Sequence record: SRR2962707_2060
Strand: one strand, 5' to 3'
DNA length: 64,000 nt
Part shown: piece after piece, positions 1 through 11,144 of the stretch
Layout: each line of letters starts with the position of its first letter
Position numbering within the stretch: position 1 is the first letter of the stretch
Program-made: the position numbers and the translations under genes
The notes under the pieces: model-generated
Seen by the model: the letters and a program-made list of their open reading frames with translations, nothing else
Told to the model about the DNA's origin: nothing
Databases searched by the model: none

Positions 1-1
1 A

Positions 2-244
2 GGTAAGAAAATGGCCGGTCATATGGGTGCGACACGCGTAACAACGCAAAACCTAGAAATTGTGTCTACAGACGAAGAACGCGGTTTAATCCTTGTAAAA
101 GGTGCCGTGCCTGGTTCTAAAGGCGCTTGGATTTTGGTTCGTGACGCTGTTAAAGGCGCAACGCCTGACAACGTGCCGATGCCAGCTGGTCTTCGTGCAG
201 CGGCTCCAGTCGCAGCAGCACCGGCAAGTGAGGGAGCGGAATAA
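2..244 (+). CDS. rplC: 50S ribosomal protein L3, 3' part (truncated at window start)
   Basis: GKKMAGHMG...[11 protein letters not shown]-terminal L3 motif; first gene before rplD. Confidence 0.97.
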   Translation, partial: GKKMAGHMGATRVTTQNLEIVSTDEERGLILVKGAVPGSKGAWILVRDAVKGATPDNVPMPAGLRAAAPVAAAPASEGAE

Positions 245-861
245 TGGAAATTTCTGTAACAACACTTGCAGGCAAAGAAGCCGGTAAAATTCAGGTTTCA
301 GACGCAGTGTTTGGTCTTGAGCCACGCGCAGACATTCTGCAGCGTATGGTTACATACCAACTTGCTAAGAAACAGCAGGGCACGCACCAGTCAAAAGGTC
401 GTTCTGATATTGCACGTACCGGCGCTCGTATGTATCGCCAAAAAGGTACTGGTAAAGCTCGTCACCACGCCGCATCTGCTCCGCAGTTTCGTGGTGGTGG
501 TAAAGCACACGGTCCAGTTGCTCACGCACATGCGATCGACTTGCCGAAAAAAGTTCGCGCTTTGGCTCTTCGCCACGCGCTTTCTTCAAAGGCAGCGACT
601 TCGTCTATTATCATCCTTGATGATATGGTAGCAGATGGCAAAACTAAAGTTTTGGCTTCTCAGTTGGAAGCTTTGGGCTTGAACAATGCTTTGTTCATTG
701 GCGGCGAAACTGTCGATGCGAACTTTAAAAACGCTGCTTCAAACTTGGCGCAAATTGATGTGTTGCCAATTCAGGGAATCAACGTATATGACATCTTGCG
801 TCGCAACACTTTGGTGTTGTCGAAGGCAGCTGTCGAAGCTCTTGAGGAGCGTTTCAAATGA
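244..861 (+). CDS. rplD: 50S ribosomal protein L4
   Basis: [10 protein letters not shown] loop, FRGGG motif; S10 operon order. Confidence 0.98.
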   Translation: MEISVTTLAGKEAGKIQVSDAVFGLEPRADILQRMVTYQLAKKQQGTHQSKGRSDIARTGARMYRQKGTGKARHHAASAPQFRGGGKAHGPVAHAHAIDLPKKVRALALRHALSSKAATSSIIILDDMVADGKTKVLASQLEALGLNNALFIGGETVDANFKNAASNLAQIDVLPIQGINVYDILRRNTLVLSKAAVEALEERFK

Positions 862-1151
862 CAGATCTACGCCACTATGACGTAATCGTATCGCCGGCAA
901 TTACGGAGAAAGCGACCCTTGTGTCTGAACACAATCAGGTTGTTTTCAATGTCGCTCGCGATGCTACCAAACCGGAAATTAAAGCGGCTGTTGAGGCATT
1001 GTTCAATGTCAAAGTTAAAGCAGTCAACACTTTGATCCGTAAGGGTAAAGTAAAGCGCTTCCGCGGTATTATTGGCCGCCAGAGCAATGTTAAAAAAGCC
1101 ATTGTGACACTGGTCGACGGCCAGTCGATCGATGTTGCAACCGGCCTTTAA
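858..1151 (+). CDS. rplW: 50S ribosomal protein L23
   Basis: P.ITEKA, KVKAVNT, KKAIVTL motifs; synteny. Confidence 0.98.
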   Translation: MTDLRHYDVIVSPAITEKATLVSEHNQVVFNVARDATKPEIKAAVEALFNVKVKAVNTLIRKGKVKRFRGIIGRQSNVKKAIVTLVDGQSIDVATGL

Positions 1152-1171
1152 TGGCGACGGGGTAATACACT

Positions 1172-2005
1172 ATGGCATTGAAGAAATTTAATCCGACAAC
1201 ACCTAGCCAACGTCAATTGGTGATTGTCGATCGTTCAGGTCTCCACAAAGGTGGCCCGGTCAAGAAATTGACTGAGGGTTTGCACAAAACTGGTGGCCGT
1301 AACAATACGGGACGCATTACGTCGTACCAAAAAGGTGGTGGCCATAAGCGCACATACCGTATCATTGACTTCAAACGTCGTAAGTTTGATGTTCAGGGTA
1401 CAGTTGAGCGTTTGGAATATGACCCGAACCGCACAGCATTTATCGCGCTTATCAACTATGCTGATGGCGAGCAGGCTTACATTTTGGCGCCGCAGCGTCT
1501 TCAGGCTGGTGATAAAGTTATCGCTGCTGAACGCGCAGACGTGAAGCCTGGTAACGCGATGCCGCTAAGCTCGATGCCTGTTGGTACGATTGTTCACAAT
1601 GTTGAGCTTAAACCAGGTAAAGGTGCGCAGGTTGCGCGTTCTGCTGGTGCTTATGCTCAGCTCGTTGGCCGCGATGCAGGAATGGCGATCCTTCGCCTGA
1701 ACTCTGGCGAACAGCGTCTTGTGTCTGGTACATGTATGGCAACAGTTGGTGCGGTTTCAAACCCGGATCACTCGAACATCAATTTGGGTAAAGCTGGTCG
1801 TAGCCGTTGGCTCGGTCGTCGCCCACACGTTCGCGGTGTTGTTATGAACCCTGTCGATCACCCACACGGTGGTGGTGAGGGTCGTACATCTGGTGGTCGT
1901 CACCCAGTGACACCATGGGGCAAGCCGACTAAGGGCAAACGTACACGCTCTAATAAGTCGACTGATAAATTCATCATGCGCTCACGTCATCAGCGTAAGA
2001 AGTAA
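1172..2005 (+). CDS. rplB: 50S ribosomal protein L2
   Basis: EYDPNR and [13 protein letters not shown] motifs. Confidence 0.99.
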   Translation: MALKKFNPTTPSQRQLVIVDRSGLHKGGPVKKLTEGLHKTGGRNNTGRITSYQKGGGHKRTYRIIDFKRRKFDVQGTVERLEYDPNRTAFIALINYADGEQAYILAPQRLQAGDKVIAAERADVKPGNAMPLSSMPVGTIVHNVELKPGKGAQVARSAGAYAQLVGRDAGMAILRLNSGEQRLVSGTCMATVGAVSNPDHSNINLGKAGRSRWLGRRPHVRGVVMNPVDHPHGGGEGRTSGGRHPVTPWGKPTKGKRTRSNKSTDKFIMRSRHQRKK

Positions 2006-2022
2006 GAGAGAGGAATAGCCAA

Positions 2023-2301
2023 ATGGCTCGTTCAGTTTGGAAAGGCCCGTTCGTTGACGGCTATCTTCTCAAGAAAGCTGAGAAGGCACGCGAAAGCGGT
2101 CGTCACGACGTTATTAAAATTTGGAGCCGTCGTTCAACGGTTCTACCACAGTTCGTTGGTTTGACATTCGGTGTCTACAACGGTCAAAAGCACATTCCAG
2201 TGTCCATTTCTGAGGACATGGTTGGCCACAAGTTCGGTGAGTTCGCACCTTCGCGCACTTATTATGGACACGGCGCCGACAAGAAGGCGAAGAGGAAGTA
2301 A
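2023..2301 (+). CDS. rpsS: 30S ribosomal protein S19
   Basis: [10 protein letters not shown] and MVGHKFGEF motifs. Confidence 0.99.
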   Translation: MARSVWKGPFVDGYLLKKAEKARESGRHDVIKIWSRRSTVLPQFVGLTFGVYNGQKHIPVSISEDMVGHKFGEFAPSRTYYGHGADKKAKRK

Positions 2302-2304
2302 CCG

Positions 2305-2694
2305 ATGGGTAAGCCCAAGGCACCACGCCGTTTGGCGGACAATGAAGCGCGCGCGGTAACACGCACGATCCGCGTAAGCCCGCAGAAACTCAACCTTGTT
2401 GCCGCGCTCATCCGCGGTAAGAAAGTTGCTGCAGCTCTTGCTGATCTAGAGTTTTCTAGCAAGCGTATTTCTGGCACAGTCAAGAAGACGCTTGAATCTG
2501 CGATTGCTAATGCTGAAAACAACCATGATTTGGATGTTGATGCGTTGGTTGTTGCTGAAGCATATGTTGGCAAGTCAATTGTTATGAAACGCTTTATGGC
2601 CCGTGGCCGTGGTAAAGCTAGCCGCATTGTCAAACCGTTTTCGCATTTGACTATTGTTGTTCGTGAAGTGGCTGAAACAGAGGAGGCCGCATAA
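2305..2694 (+). CDS. rplV: 50S ribosomal protein L22
   Basis: [11 protein letters not shown] and SAIANAENN motifs. Confidence 0.98.
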   Translation: MGKPKAPRRLADNEARAVTRTIRVSPQKLNLVAALIRGKKVAAALADLEFSSKRISGTVKKTLESAIANAENNHDLDVDALVVAEAYVGKSIVMKRFMARGRGKASRIVKPFSHLTIVVREVAETEEAA

Positions 2695-3404
2695 TGGGTC
2701 AAAAGATTAACCCAATTGGTTTCCGTCTCGGTATCAACCGCACATGGGATTCACGCTGGTATGCAAATACTGGTGAGTATGGTCAGCTTCTTCATGAAGA
2801 TCTGAAAATTCGCAAGTTTATTGAGAAAGAACTCAAGCAAGCTGCTGTTGCGAAGATCGTCATTGAGCGTCCACACAAAAAATGCCGCGTTACAATTCAT
2901 TCAGCTCGCCCTGGTATCATCATTGGTAAAAAGGGTGCGGACATTGAGAAACTTCGCAAGAAGATTTCTGAATTCACAGATGCAGAAACGCATTTGAACA
3001 TTGTTGAAGTGCGCAAGCCAGAAATTGATGCAACTTTGGTTGCTCAGGCGATTGCACAACAGCTAGAGCGCCGTGTGGCTTTCCGCCGCGCAATGAAGCG
3101 TTCAGTTCAGTCTGCTATGCGTCTTGGCGCTGAAGGCATCAAAATTACATCTGGCGGCCGTCTTGGCGGTGCTGAGATTGCTCGTGTTGAATGGTACCGC
3201 GAAGGTCGCGTGCCGCTACACACTATGCGCGCTGACATTGATTACGGCACATGCGAAGCAACGACTGCTTACGGCATTATCGGTATCAAAGTCTGGATCT
3301 TTAAAGGCGAAATCCTTGAACACGATCCAATGGCTTCTGAACGCCGCGCTATGGAAAATGACAGCCAGGGTGGTAACAATAACCGCCGCCGTGAACACGC
3401 TTAA
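2694..3404 (+). CDS. rpsC: 30S ribosomal protein S3
   Basis: [13 protein letters not shown] start, KH domain, [10 protein letters not shown]. Confidence 0.99.
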   Translation: MGQKINPIGFRLGINRTWDSRWYANTGEYGQLLHEDLKIRKFIEKELKQAAVAKIVIERPHKKCRVTIHSARPGIIIGKKGADIEKLRKKISEFTDAETHLNIVEVRKPEIDATLVAQAIAQQLERRVAFRRAMKRSVQSAMRLGAEGIKITSGGRLGGAEIARVEWYREGRVPLHTMRADIDYGTCEATTAYGIIGIKVWIFKGEILEHDPMASERRAMENDSQGGNNNRRREHA

Positions 3405-3428
3405 GCGGCCCTGGATTGGAGATAGACT

Positions 3429-3842
3429 ATGTTGCAACCAAAACGGACTAAGTTCCGCAAACAGTTCAAGGGTAAGATTCACGGCGTCGCTAAAGGCGGA
3501 ACCGATCTTAACTTTGGCGCCTATGGTTTGAAAGCACTTGAGCCTAACCGTGTTAATGCACGTGAAATCGAAGCGGCCCGCCGCGCGATTACGCGTCATA
3601 TGAAACGTGCCGGCCGTGTTTGGATCCGTATTTTCCCTGACCTACCTGTTACTTCAAAACCAACCGAAGTACGTATGGGTAAAGGTAAGGGTTCTGTCGA
3701 TTATTGGGCAGCTCGGGTAAAACCTGGCCGCGTAATGTTTGAAATTGATGGTGTTCCAGAAGATGTGGCACGCGAGGCGCTTCGCCTTGGTTCTGCCAAA
3801 CTTTCTGTGAAGACCCGCTTCGTTCAGCGTATTGGCGAGTAG
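3429..3842 (+). CDS. rplP: 50S ribosomal protein L16
   Basis: [11 protein letters not shown] start, RMGKGKG motif. Confidence 0.99.
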   Translation: MLQPKRTKFRKQFKGKIHGVAKGGTDLNFGAYGLKALEPNRVNAREIEAARRAITRHMKRAGRVWIRIFPDLPVTSKPTEVRMGKGKGSVDYWAARVKPGRVMFEIDGVPEDVAREALRLGSAKLSVKTRFVQRIGE

Positions 3843-3853
3843 GGGACCATATT

Positions 3854-4054
3854 ATGAAAGCTACAGATATCCGTGCGCTTACTGCCGATCAATTGGCGGA
3901 AGAGTTACAAAAGCTAAAGAAAGAGCAGTTTAATCTGCGTTTCCAAGGCGCTACGAACCAACTCGAAAAAACGAGCCGCGTTCGTGAGGTTCGTCGCGAC
4001 ATCGCTCGCATTAAAACAATTGCCGGTCAAATGGCCGACAAAGCAAAAGCTTAA
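3854..4054 (+). CDS. rpmC: 50S ribosomal protein L29
   Basis: KEQFNLRFQ...RRDIARIKT. Confidence 0.98.
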   Translation: MKATDIRALTADQLAEELQKLKKEQFNLRFQGATNQLEKTSRVREVRRDIARIKTIAGQMADKAKA

Positions 4055-4064
4055 GGGACACAAG

Positions 4065-4295
4065 ATGCCAAAACGTATTTTGCAAGGTGTCGTTGTAAGC
4101 GACAAAAACGATAAGACAGTGGTTGTGAAAGTGGAACGTCGTTTCGCACATCCTCTTCTTAAAAAGACGGTTCGCCGCTCGAAGCGCTACCACGCGCATG
4201 ATGAGAGCAACCAGGTTAAAGTTGGTGATGCAGTTTCTATCGAAGAATGCGCTCCAATTTCTAAGAATAAGCGGTGGGCAGTTGTAGCCGGTTAA
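4065..4295 (+). CDS. rpsQ: 30S ribosomal protein S17
   Basis: [18 protein letters not shown]; start set to ATG 4065 after AAGGGA Shine-Dalgarno. Confidence 0.97.
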   Translation: MPKRILQGVVVSDKNDKTVVVKVERRFAHPLLKKTVRRSKRYHAHDESNQVKVGDAVSIEECAPISKNKRWAVVAG

Positions 4296-4359
4296 TCCGG
4301 ATACTGTCTGAATAATTAAGTTTCCCGATTAACGGGTAAGAGAACAAAGGCATCCAGTC

Positions 4360-4728
4360 ATGATTCAGATGCAAACAAACCTCGACGTAGCCGATAATTC
4401 CGGCGCTCGTCGTGTTCAGTGCATCAAAGTGCTTGGCGGCTCTAAGCGTAAATACGCTTCTGTGGGCGACATTATTGTCGTTTCTGTTAAAGAAGCTATT
4501 CCGCGTGGACGCGTCAAAAAAGGTGATGTTGTTAAAGCTGTCGTTGTACGTACAGCTAAAGACATCCGCCGCACAGATGGCAGTGTAATTCGCTTTGACG
4601 GCAATGCTGCCGTTTTGGTGGACAATAAATCAGAACCAATGGGTACGCGTATCTTTGGGCCAGTTCCTCGCGAGTTGCGGGCGAAAAGCCACATGAAGAT
4701 CATTTCGCTTGCACCTGAAGTACTGTAG
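4360..4728 (+). CDS. rplN: 50S ribosomal protein L14
   Basis: [15 protein letters not shown] and SLAPEVL motifs. Confidence 0.99.
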   Translation: MIQMQTNLDVADNSGARRVQCIKVLGGSKRKYASVGDIIVVSVKEAIPRGRVKKGDVVKAVVVRTAKDIRRTDGSVIRFDGNAAVLVDNKSEPMGTRIFGPVPRELRAKSHMKIISLAPEVL

Positions 4729-4740
4729 GAGACCAGAGCG

Positions 4741-5052
4741 ATGCAAAAGATCCGCAAAGGCGACAAAGTTGTCGTATTGACTGGTAAAGACAAAGGCCGT
4801 TCTGGCGACGTCACGAAAGTGATGCCAAAAGACAACAAGGCTTTGGTTGCCGGTATTAACATGGTAAAACGTCACACACGCCAGTCACAGACTAGCGAAG
4901 GTGGCATTATCTCAAAAGAAGCGCCAATCGAATTGTCGAATTTGGCAATCGTCGATCCAAAAGATGGCAAGCCAACTCGCGTTGGTTTCCGCATGGAAGG
5001 CGACAAGAAAGTGCGTTTCGCTAAACGCTCTGGAGATTTGATCGATGGCTGA
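4741..5052 (+). CDS. rplX: 50S ribosomal protein L24
   Basis: KOW motif [14 protein letters not shown]. Confidence 0.98.
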   Translation: MQKIRKGDKVVVLTGKDKGRSGDVTKVMPKDNKALVAGINMVKRHTRQSQTSEGGIISKEAPIELSNLAIVDPKDGKPTRVGFRMEGDKKVRFAKRSGDLIDG

Positions 5053-5605
5053 AGCAAATTATGAGCCACGGCTACAAGTACAGTACCGTGACGCAATCCG
5101 CGCGCAGATGCAGGAATCGTTCGCTTATAAGAACGTAATGCAGATCCCACAGGTAACGAAAATCGTTATCAATATGGGTGTTGGTGAATCAACAAATGAC
5201 TCTAAGCGCCCACAGGCTGCTGCTGACCATTTGTCTTTGATCGCCGGCCAAAAAGCGCAAGTAACTTTCGCTCGCAATTCAATTGCTGGCTTTAAGGTAC
5301 GTGAAGGGATGCCATTGGGTGCGAAAGTTACCCTACGCGGCCAGCGGATGTATGAATTCATGGACCGTTTGGTCACGATCGCACTACCACGCGTTCGAGA
5401 TTTCCGCGGCCTGAACCCAAAAAGCTTTGACGGCAGAGGAAACTTTGCTATGGGCTTGAAAGAACACATCGTGTTTCCAGAAATCGACTACGATAAAGTC
5501 GAAAATATTCTGGGAATGGACATCATCGTTTGTACGAGTGCGCCTACGAATGCAGAAGCGTTAGCTTTGTTAAAAGCTTTCAACTTCCCATTCCCAGCAA
5601 ACTAA
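5045..5605 (+). CDS. rplE: 50S ribosomal protein L5
   Basis: [19 protein letters not shown] and FDGRGN motifs. Confidence 0.99.
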   Translation: MAEANYEPRLQVQYRDAIRAQMQESFAYKNVMQIPQVTKIVINMGVGESTNDSKRPQAAADHLSLIAGQKAQVTFARNSIAGFKVREGMPLGAKVTLRGQRMYEFMDRLVTIALPRVRDFRGLNPKSFDGRGNFAMGLKEHIVFPEIDYDKVENILGMDIIVCTSAPTNAEALALLKAFNFPFPAN

Positions 5606-5629
5606 CGGCAAGCATAAGAGGTTAATCGA

Positions 5630-5935
5630 ATGGCTAAAGTTAGCGCAATCGAGAAGAACGAACGTCGCCGCAAACTAGTTAAGCGTGATGCTGCTAAGCG
5701 TGCTGCGTTGAAGGCGATCATTAAAAATCGCGAACTTCCAATTGAAGAACGCTTTAAAGCGACTTTGAAATTGGCAGAAATGCCCCGTAACGGCGCTAAG
5801 ATCCGTATTCGCAATCGTTGCGAAGTTTCTGGTCGTCCGCGCGGTTTCTACCGTAAACTCCGCATGTCTCGTATTGCGCTGCGCGATCTTGGATCGACCG
5901 GCAAAGTGCCTGGCATCGTGAAATCTAGTTGGTAA
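5630..5935 (+). CDS. rpsN: 30S ribosomal protein S14 (101 aa, zinc-independent type)
   Basis: [12 protein letters not shown] and KSSW C-terminus. Confidence 0.98.
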   Translation: MAKVSAIEKNERRRKLVKRDAAKRAALKAIIKNRELPIEERFKATLKLAEMPRNGAKIRIRNRCEVSGRPRGFYRKLRMSRIALRDLGSTGKVPGIVKSSW

Positions 5936-5944
5936 GGGGACGTT

Positions 5945-6343
5945 ATGTCAGTTTCAGATCCAGTCGGCGATATGCTGACACGTATCCGGAATGGTTTACA
6001 CCGTTCCAAAAGCAGTGTTTCGACACCTGCTTCTAAACAACGCGCGCGTGTTCTTGATGTGCTTCAGGCTGAGGGTTATATCCGCGGCTACAGCGAAGTT
6101 GAGTATGGCACAGGCAAATCAGAGTTCGTAATCGAACTTAAATATGCTGAAGGCCAGCCGGTTATTCGTAAAATCGAGCGTGTTTCTAAGCCTGGTCGTC
6201 GTGTTTATGTTGGCGTTCGTTCAATTGAACACGTAGCGAATGGTTTGGGCATTTCAATTCTGTCGACACCGTCAGGTGTAATGGCAGATCATGATGCTCG
6301 TGAAAAAAATGTTGGCGGCGAATTGCTCTGCCGCGTATTCTAA
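5945..6343 (+). CDS. rpsH: 30S ribosomal protein S8
   Basis: [16 protein letters not shown] and GGELLC motifs. Confidence 0.99.
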   Translation: MSVSDPVGDMLTRIRNGLHRSKSSVSTPASKQRARVLDVLQAEGYIRGYSEVEYGTGKSEFVIELKYAEGQPVIRKIERVSKPGRRVYVGVRSIEHVANGLGISILSTPSGVMADHDAREKNVGGELLCRVF

Positions 6344-6384
6344 CGCAGCTGGCTAGCCCGGTTTAAGAACGGACAGGTAATAAA

Positions 6385-6918
6385 ATGTCTCGTATTGGTA
6401 AAAAAGCGGTTGCGATTCCTGCTGGTGTAACAGCCAGCGTTGAAGGCAACGTCGTTAAGGCTAAAGGCCCTAAAGGCGAGTTGGAATTCGTAGCCAATGA
6501 CGAAGTTATCATCGAAATGACGGATGACGGCATTGCTGTCACACCGCGCGATGGTTCAAAAATATCGCGTTCAAAGTGGGGCATGTCCCGCACAATGATC
6601 CAAAACATCGTAGACGGTGTTGCGAAAGGTTTTGAACGTAAGCTTGAAATCAACGGTGTTGGTTATCGTGCTGCAATGCAGGGCACAAACATTCAGTTGG
6701 CGCTCGGTTATTCACACGATGTAGTGTATCAGGTGCCGGAAGGCGTTTCTGCGACTACACCAAAACCGACTGAAATCGTTTTGACTGGTATTAACAAGCA
6801 GCAGCTTGGCCAGGTAGCGGCTGAAATTCGTAAATTCCGTAAACCAGAGCCTTATAAAGGCAAAGGTATTAAATACGCGGAAGAAACGATCATCCGCAAA
6901 GAAGGTAAGAAGAAGTAA
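6385..6918 (+). CDS. rplF: 50S ribosomal protein L6
   Basis: MSRIGK start, PEPYKGKG motif. Confidence 0.99.
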   Translation: MSRIGKKAVAIPAGVTASVEGNVVKAKGPKGELEFVANDEVIIEMTDDGIAVTPRDGSKISRSKWGMSRTMIQNIVDGVAKGFERKLEINGVGYRAAMQGTNIQLALGYSHDVVYQVPEGVSATTPKPTEIVLTGINKQQLGQVAAEIRKFRKPEPYKGKGIKYAEETIIRKEGKKK

Positions 6919-6929
6919 GGATCGCGAAC

Positions 6930-7292
6930 ATGGCATTAAACAAGCAATCATTGCAGCGCCGTGCTCAGCGCGTCCGCCGTCAATTGAAGAAAGTAGGCAA
7001 TGGCCGTCCGCGGTTGTCAGTTTACCGTTCTTCGAAGAATATCTATGCGCAGATTATCGATGATGTAGCGGGCAACACAGTTGCAGCAGCTTCAACATTG
7101 GATGCAGATCTACGCAAAGCCCTAAAAACAGGTTCTGATACAGAAGCTGCAGCGGCAGTTGGCAAATTGGTTGCTGAGCGCGCTTCTAAAGCTGGTATCA
7201 CTGAAGTTGTTTTTGACCGTGGACCGTATATTTTCCACGGCCGTATCAAGGCTTTGGCTGATGCAGCCCGCGAAGGCGGTCTGGCATTCTAA
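6930..7292 (+). CDS. rplR: 50S ribosomal protein L18
   Basis: RPRLSVYRS and FDRG...HGRIKALA motifs. Confidence 0.99.
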   Translation: MALNKQSLQRRAQRVRRQLKKVGNGRPRLSVYRSSKNIYAQIIDDVAGNTVAAASTLDADLRKALKTGSDTEAAAAVGKLVAERASKAGITEVVFDRGPYIFHGRIKALADAAREGGLAF

Positions 7293-7397
7293 ATTTTTGC
7301 TTGCTTGTGTAGGCAAAATTGTTAAATACAGCCAGCCCGCACGTCGGGCTGGCTTCATATTAAACCCGTGTCTCCGGAAAAAAATAAGGATTAGGAT

Positions 7398-7961
7398 ATG
7401 GCACAAGATCGTGGTGGTCGTAACGACCGCAACAATCGCGAGGAAGTCGACAGCGAATTCGTCGACAAGCTCGTACATATTAACCGCGTAGCAAAAGTGG
7501 TAAAAGGCGGCCGTCGTTTCGGTTTTGCTGCACTTGTTGTTGTAGGCGACCAAAAAGGCCGTGTTGGCTTCGGTCATGGTAAGGCGCGTGAAGTGCCTGA
7601 AGCGATCCGTAAGGCAACTGAGTCTGCTAAACGCGATATGATTTTCGTACCGCTACGTAGCGGTCGTACTTTGCACCATGATGTTCAGGGCCGTCACGGC
7701 GCTGGTAAAGTGGTTCTTCGTGCGGCGCCAGCTGGTACAGGTATCATCGCAGGCGGTCCAATGCGTGCGGTTTTCGAAACTGTTGGCATGGCTGACGTTG
7801 TTGCTAAGTCTATTGGCTCGTCAAACCCATACAACATGGTTCGTGCGACATTCGATGCGCTGAAAAATCAGATGCATCCTAAAGACATTGCTGCTCAGCG
7901 CGGTGTTAAATACTCAACGCTTCAGGCGCGTCGCCGCGACCTGATTGGTACCGAAGAATAG
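7398..7961 (+). CDS. rpsE: 30S ribosomal protein S5
   Basis: [15 protein letters not shown] and GTGIIAGG motifs. Confidence 0.99.
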   Translation: MAQDRGGRNDRNNREEVDSEFVDKLVHINRVAKVVKGGRRFGFAALVVVGDQKGRVGFGHGKAREVPEAIRKATESAKRDMIFVPLRSGRTLHHDVQGRHGAGKVVLRAAPAGTGIIAGGPMRAVFETVGMADVVAKSIGSSNPYNMVRATFDALKNQMHPKDIAAQRGVKYSTLQARRRDLIGTEE

Positions 7962-8013
7962 AAACGGTGAAGTTTGCTGCTTAAGGGCAGGGACTTTCCA
8001 GGAGAATAGAACA

Positions 8014-8208
8014 ATGGCTTCTACTAAAAAAGGCGCTACTGTCACCGTTGAACAGACAGGTAGCCCAATCCGCCGGCCAGCAGAACAGCGTGCAACGCTG
8101 ATCGGCCTCGGCCTGAACAAAATGCACCGTGTACGTACACTGGAAGATACACCAGCTGTTCGTGGCATGATCGCAAAAGTCGCTCACCTCGTTCGCGTCG
8201 TCGAATAA
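8014..8208 (+). CDS. rpmD: 50S ribosomal protein L30
   Basis: [12 protein letters not shown]...[11 protein letters not shown]; start ATG 8014 after AGGAG. Confidence 0.97.
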   Translation: MASTKKGATVTVEQTGSPIRRPAEQRATLIGLGLNKMHRVRTLEDTPAVRGMIAKVAHLVRVVE

Positions 8209-8231
8209 GCTGATAGGCTGGAGTATATATT

Positions 8232-8717
8232 ATGAAATTGAATGAATTAAGCGACAATCAAGGTTCTACGCACTCACGTATGCGCGTTGGCCGTGGTATT
8301 GGCTCTGGTAAGGGCAAAACTGGTGGCCGCGGTGTTAAAGGTCAGAAATCACGTTCAGGCGTGGCGATTAAAGGTTACGAGGGCGGCCAGATGCCGATTT
8401 ACCGTCGTCTCCCTAAACGCGGCTTTACAAACATTTTTGCAAAGAAACTAAATGTTGTTTCACTTGCACGTATCCAGACTGCAATTGATGCAGGCAAAAT
8501 GGATGCGAAGAATACAGTGGATATGGCTGCACTTATCGCAGCTGGTATTATCCGCCGTCCTCTTGATGGCTTCCGTGTTCTTAGCGATGGTGAAATCACA
8601 TCGAAAGTGAACATCCTAGCAAACGGCATTTCACGTGCTGCGCTTGAAAAGCTTGAAAAAGCTGGTGGTAAGTTCGAAGCAATCGTCGTTGCTGCACCTG
8701 CTGAAGACAAAGAATAA
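8232..8717 (+). CDS. rplO: 50S ribosomal protein L15
   Basis: [13 protein letters not shown] and EGGQMP...LPKRGF motifs. Confidence 0.99.
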   Translation: MKLNELSDNQGSTHSRMRVGRGIGSGKGKTGGRGVKGQKSRSGVAIKGYEGGQMPIYRRLPKRGFTNIFAKKLNVVSLARIQTAIDAGKMDAKNTVDMAALIAAGIIRRPLDGFRVLSDGEITSKVNILANGISRAALEKLEKAGGKFEAIVVAAPAEDKE

Positions 8718-8732
8718 GGGATTTATTCCCGT

Positions 8733-8770
8733 AAAAGCCCGGGCATGTCCCGGGCTTTTTTGTTTGTTTT
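8733..8770 (+). terminator. Rho-independent terminator after rplO
   Basis: AAAAGCCCGGG-CATGT-CCCGGGCTTTT followed by TTGTTTGTTTT. Confidence 0.85.
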
Positions 8771-8834
8771 GACGACTTTTATTCGCGATATGGAAAAACG
8801 GTACGATTTGCTCACCACATTCGCGTGATAGCGG

Positions 8835-8865
8835 CTTGAAATCACACCGCCTTACGGTCCATATA
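8835..8865 (+). promoter_or_regulatory. Putative sigma70-type promoter of secY-adk
   Basis: (C)TTGAAA-N17-CCATAT, resembling the alphaproteobacterial CTTGAC-N17-CTATAT consensus, downstream of the rplO terminator. Confidence 0.45.
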
Positions 8866-8921
8866 CGCATTAAATCGATTTGGAATAGCGTTAGATCAAC
8901 GCTTACATACCGGAGAATTCC

Positions 8922-10262
8922 ATGGCTTCCGCCGCAGAGCAACTCGCATCAAATATGAACTTTGGTTCTTTTTCCAAAGCCACTGAACTCAAACAACGCA
9001 TATGGTTCACACTATTTGCATTGTTGGTTTATCGTTTGGGTACTTATATCCCGCTTCCTGGTTTGGATATGCAGGCGTTCGCGCAAGCATTTGATAGCCA
9101 ATCAAAGGGTATTCTTGGCGTATTCAATATGTTCAGCGGCGGTGCCGTACAGCGTATGGCGATTCTAGCGCTCGGCATCATGCCTTATATTTCAGCGTCG
9201 ATCGCTATTCAGCTGATGACGTCGGTTATTCCGCAATTGGAACAACTGAAGAAAGAAGGCGAGCAGGGCCGCAAAATTATCAATCAATATACGCGCTACG
9301 CGACTGTGTTGCTTGCTACATTGCAAGCTTATGGCATCGCGGTTGGTCTTGAAAATGCCAATGGCATTGTTGCTGAGCCGGGCCTGTTCTTCCGCGTTTC
9401 AGCGGTTGTATCTCTTGTTGGCGGCACAATGTTCCTTATGTGGCTTGGTGAGCAAATCACCAATCGCGGCATCGGTAATGGTATCTCGCTCATCATCTTC
9501 TCAGGTATCGTTGCTGGTATGCCTAGCGCTATTGCGGGTACATTGGAGCTAAGCCGTACTGGTGCGCTATCAAGTGCAATCGTTATTGGTATTATTGTTA
9601 TCGCGATTGCTGTGATTGCATTGATCGTATTTGTTGAGCGTGCGCAGCGCCGTTTGCTTATCCAATATCCTAAGCGCCAAGTCGGCAATCGCATGTTCCA
9701 AGGCGATACATCGCATTTGCCTCTAAAGCTTAACACAGCCGGCGTTATTCCAGCGATTTTTGCTTCCTCTTTGTTGCTCTTGCCAGCAACGCTTGCCGGC
9801 TTCTCTGATACGAGCAATTTGCCCGGCTGGGGAACGGCTATCCTAGCCGCGCTTGGCCACGGCCAGCCACTTTACATGGTGTTTTATGCATCATTGATTG
9901 TGTTCTTCGCATTCTTCTACACAGCGATTGTGTTTAACCCTGAAGAGACTGCGGACAATCTGAAGAACCATTCGGGCTTTATTCCCGGCATTCGCCCAGG
10001 CGCACGTACAGCCGAATATATTGATTATGTGCTTACACGCATCACTGTCGTGGGCGCTCTATATCTTGTTCTGGTGTGTATCTTACCCGAAATACTAATA
10101 TCGCAAACAGGTGTGCCGTTCTATCTAGGTGGTACATCATTGTTGATTGTGGTCAGCGTGACACTGGATACGGTTGCTCAGGTGCAAGGTCACCTTATCG
10201 CCCACCAGTACGAAGGCTTGATTAAGAAGTCTAAATTACGGGGAGGTAAAAAGCGTCGATGA
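8922..10262 (+). CDS. secY: Preprotein translocase subunit SecY
   Basis: LGIMPYISASI, GIGNGISL and FIPGIRPG motifs; polytopic membrane protein. Confidence 0.99.
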   Translation: MASAAEQLASNMNFGSFSKATELKQRIWFTLFALLVYRLGTYIPLPGLDMQAFAQAFDSQSKGILGVFNMFSGGAVQRMAILALGIMPYISASIAIQLMTSVIPQLEQLKKEGEQGRKIINQYTRYATVLLATLQAYGIAVGLENANGIVAEPGLFFRVSAVVSLVGGTMFLMWLGEQITNRGIGNGISLIIFSGIVAGMPSAIAGTLELSRTGALSSAIVIGIIVIAIAVIALIVFVERAQRRLLIQYPKRQVGNRMFQGDTSHLPLKLNTAGVIPAIFASSLLLLPATLAGFSDTSNLPGWGTAILAALGHGQPLYMVFYASLIVFFAFFYTAIVFNPEETADNLKNHSGFIPGIRPGARTAEYIDYVLTRITVVGALYLVLVCILPEILISQTGVPFYLGGTSLLIVVSVTLDTVAQVQGHLIAHQYEGLIKKSKLRGGKKRR

Positions 10263-10909
10263 GATTAATACTTTTAGGACCGCCAGGCGCGGGCAAGGGA
10301 ACACAGGCGCAGAAGCTCGTTGAAGCATATGGCATTCCACAGCTTTCGACAGGTGACATGCTTCGTGCCGCTGTTGCAGCCAAAACTGATGTTGGTGTTA
10401 AAGCCAAAAGCATCATGGAATCAGGTGGTTTGGTTTCTGACGATATCGTGACGGCCATTGTTTCTGAGCGTCTTGATCAGCCTGATTGCGAAAAGGGTTT
10501 TATTCTTGATGGATATCCACGCACTTTGGTTCAGGCCGATAGCGTTGAAGATATGCTCGCAGAAAAAGGTATGCCTCTTGATGTTGTGATTGAAATCGCG
10601 GTTGATGATAAAGTACTCGTAGAGCGCGTATCTGGTCGCTACACCTGTACAACATGCGGCGCTGTCTATCATGACACCATGAAAAAGCCTTCCAAAGATG
10701 GCGTTTGCGACAATTGCGGCGGCACTGAATTTAAACGCCGTGCTGATGATAATGCAGAAACAATGCGCACGCGTTTGCAAGCTTATTATAAAGAAACGTC
10801 GCCTTTGATTGGCTATTACTACGCCAAGGGCATGCTTCGTTCAGTTGATGGTTTGCAGTCAATTGATAAAGTAAGCGAAGACTTTGTGGCAGTAATAGAG
10901 AGCCTATAG
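10259..10909 (+). CDS. adk: Adenylate kinase (long form, CxxC...CxxC metal-binding LID)
   Basis: GPPGAGKGTQA P-loop, LDGYPRT, CTTC...CDNC. Confidence 0.98.
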   Translation: MRLILLGPPGAGKGTQAQKLVEAYGIPQLSTGDMLRAAVAAKTDVGVKAKSIMESGGLVSDDIVTAIVSERLDQPDCEKGFILDGYPRTLVQADSVEDMLAEKGMPLDVVIEIAVDDKVLVERVSGRYTCTTCGAVYHDTMKKPSKDGVCDNCGGTEFKRRADDNAETMRTRLQAYYKETSPLIGYYYAKGMLRSVDGLQSIDKVSEDFVAVIESL

Positions 10910-10930
10910 TCTCTCTATTTGTTATTCTTG
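10894..10930 (+). terminator. Possible weak terminator at the end of adk
   Basis: AATAGAGAG/CTCTCTATT stem around the stop codon, then TGTTATTCTT. Confidence 0.35.
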
Positions 10931-10971
10931 CAAAAAACGGGCCAAGTTTGCCGAAACGGCAAGCTGGACTG

Positions 10972-11000
10972 TTGACTCAATGGGAAGGTGGGCCTATAGC
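10972..11000 (+). promoter_or_regulatory. sigma70 promoter of the rpsM-rpsK-rpoA-rplQ operon
   Basis: TTGACT-N17-TATAGC. Confidence 0.7.
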
Positions 11001-11144
11001 CCACCGACTCTATTGCAAATGCAAAAGAATTGTGACGATTCACAGCAAATCTTTTATTGTTTTAAGAGACCCTCGCAGGGGCCGGCCTCCACCGGACGCG
11101 AGTAAACCTAACGCCGTTAAGCGGCCTACATGGAGTAGATGAGC

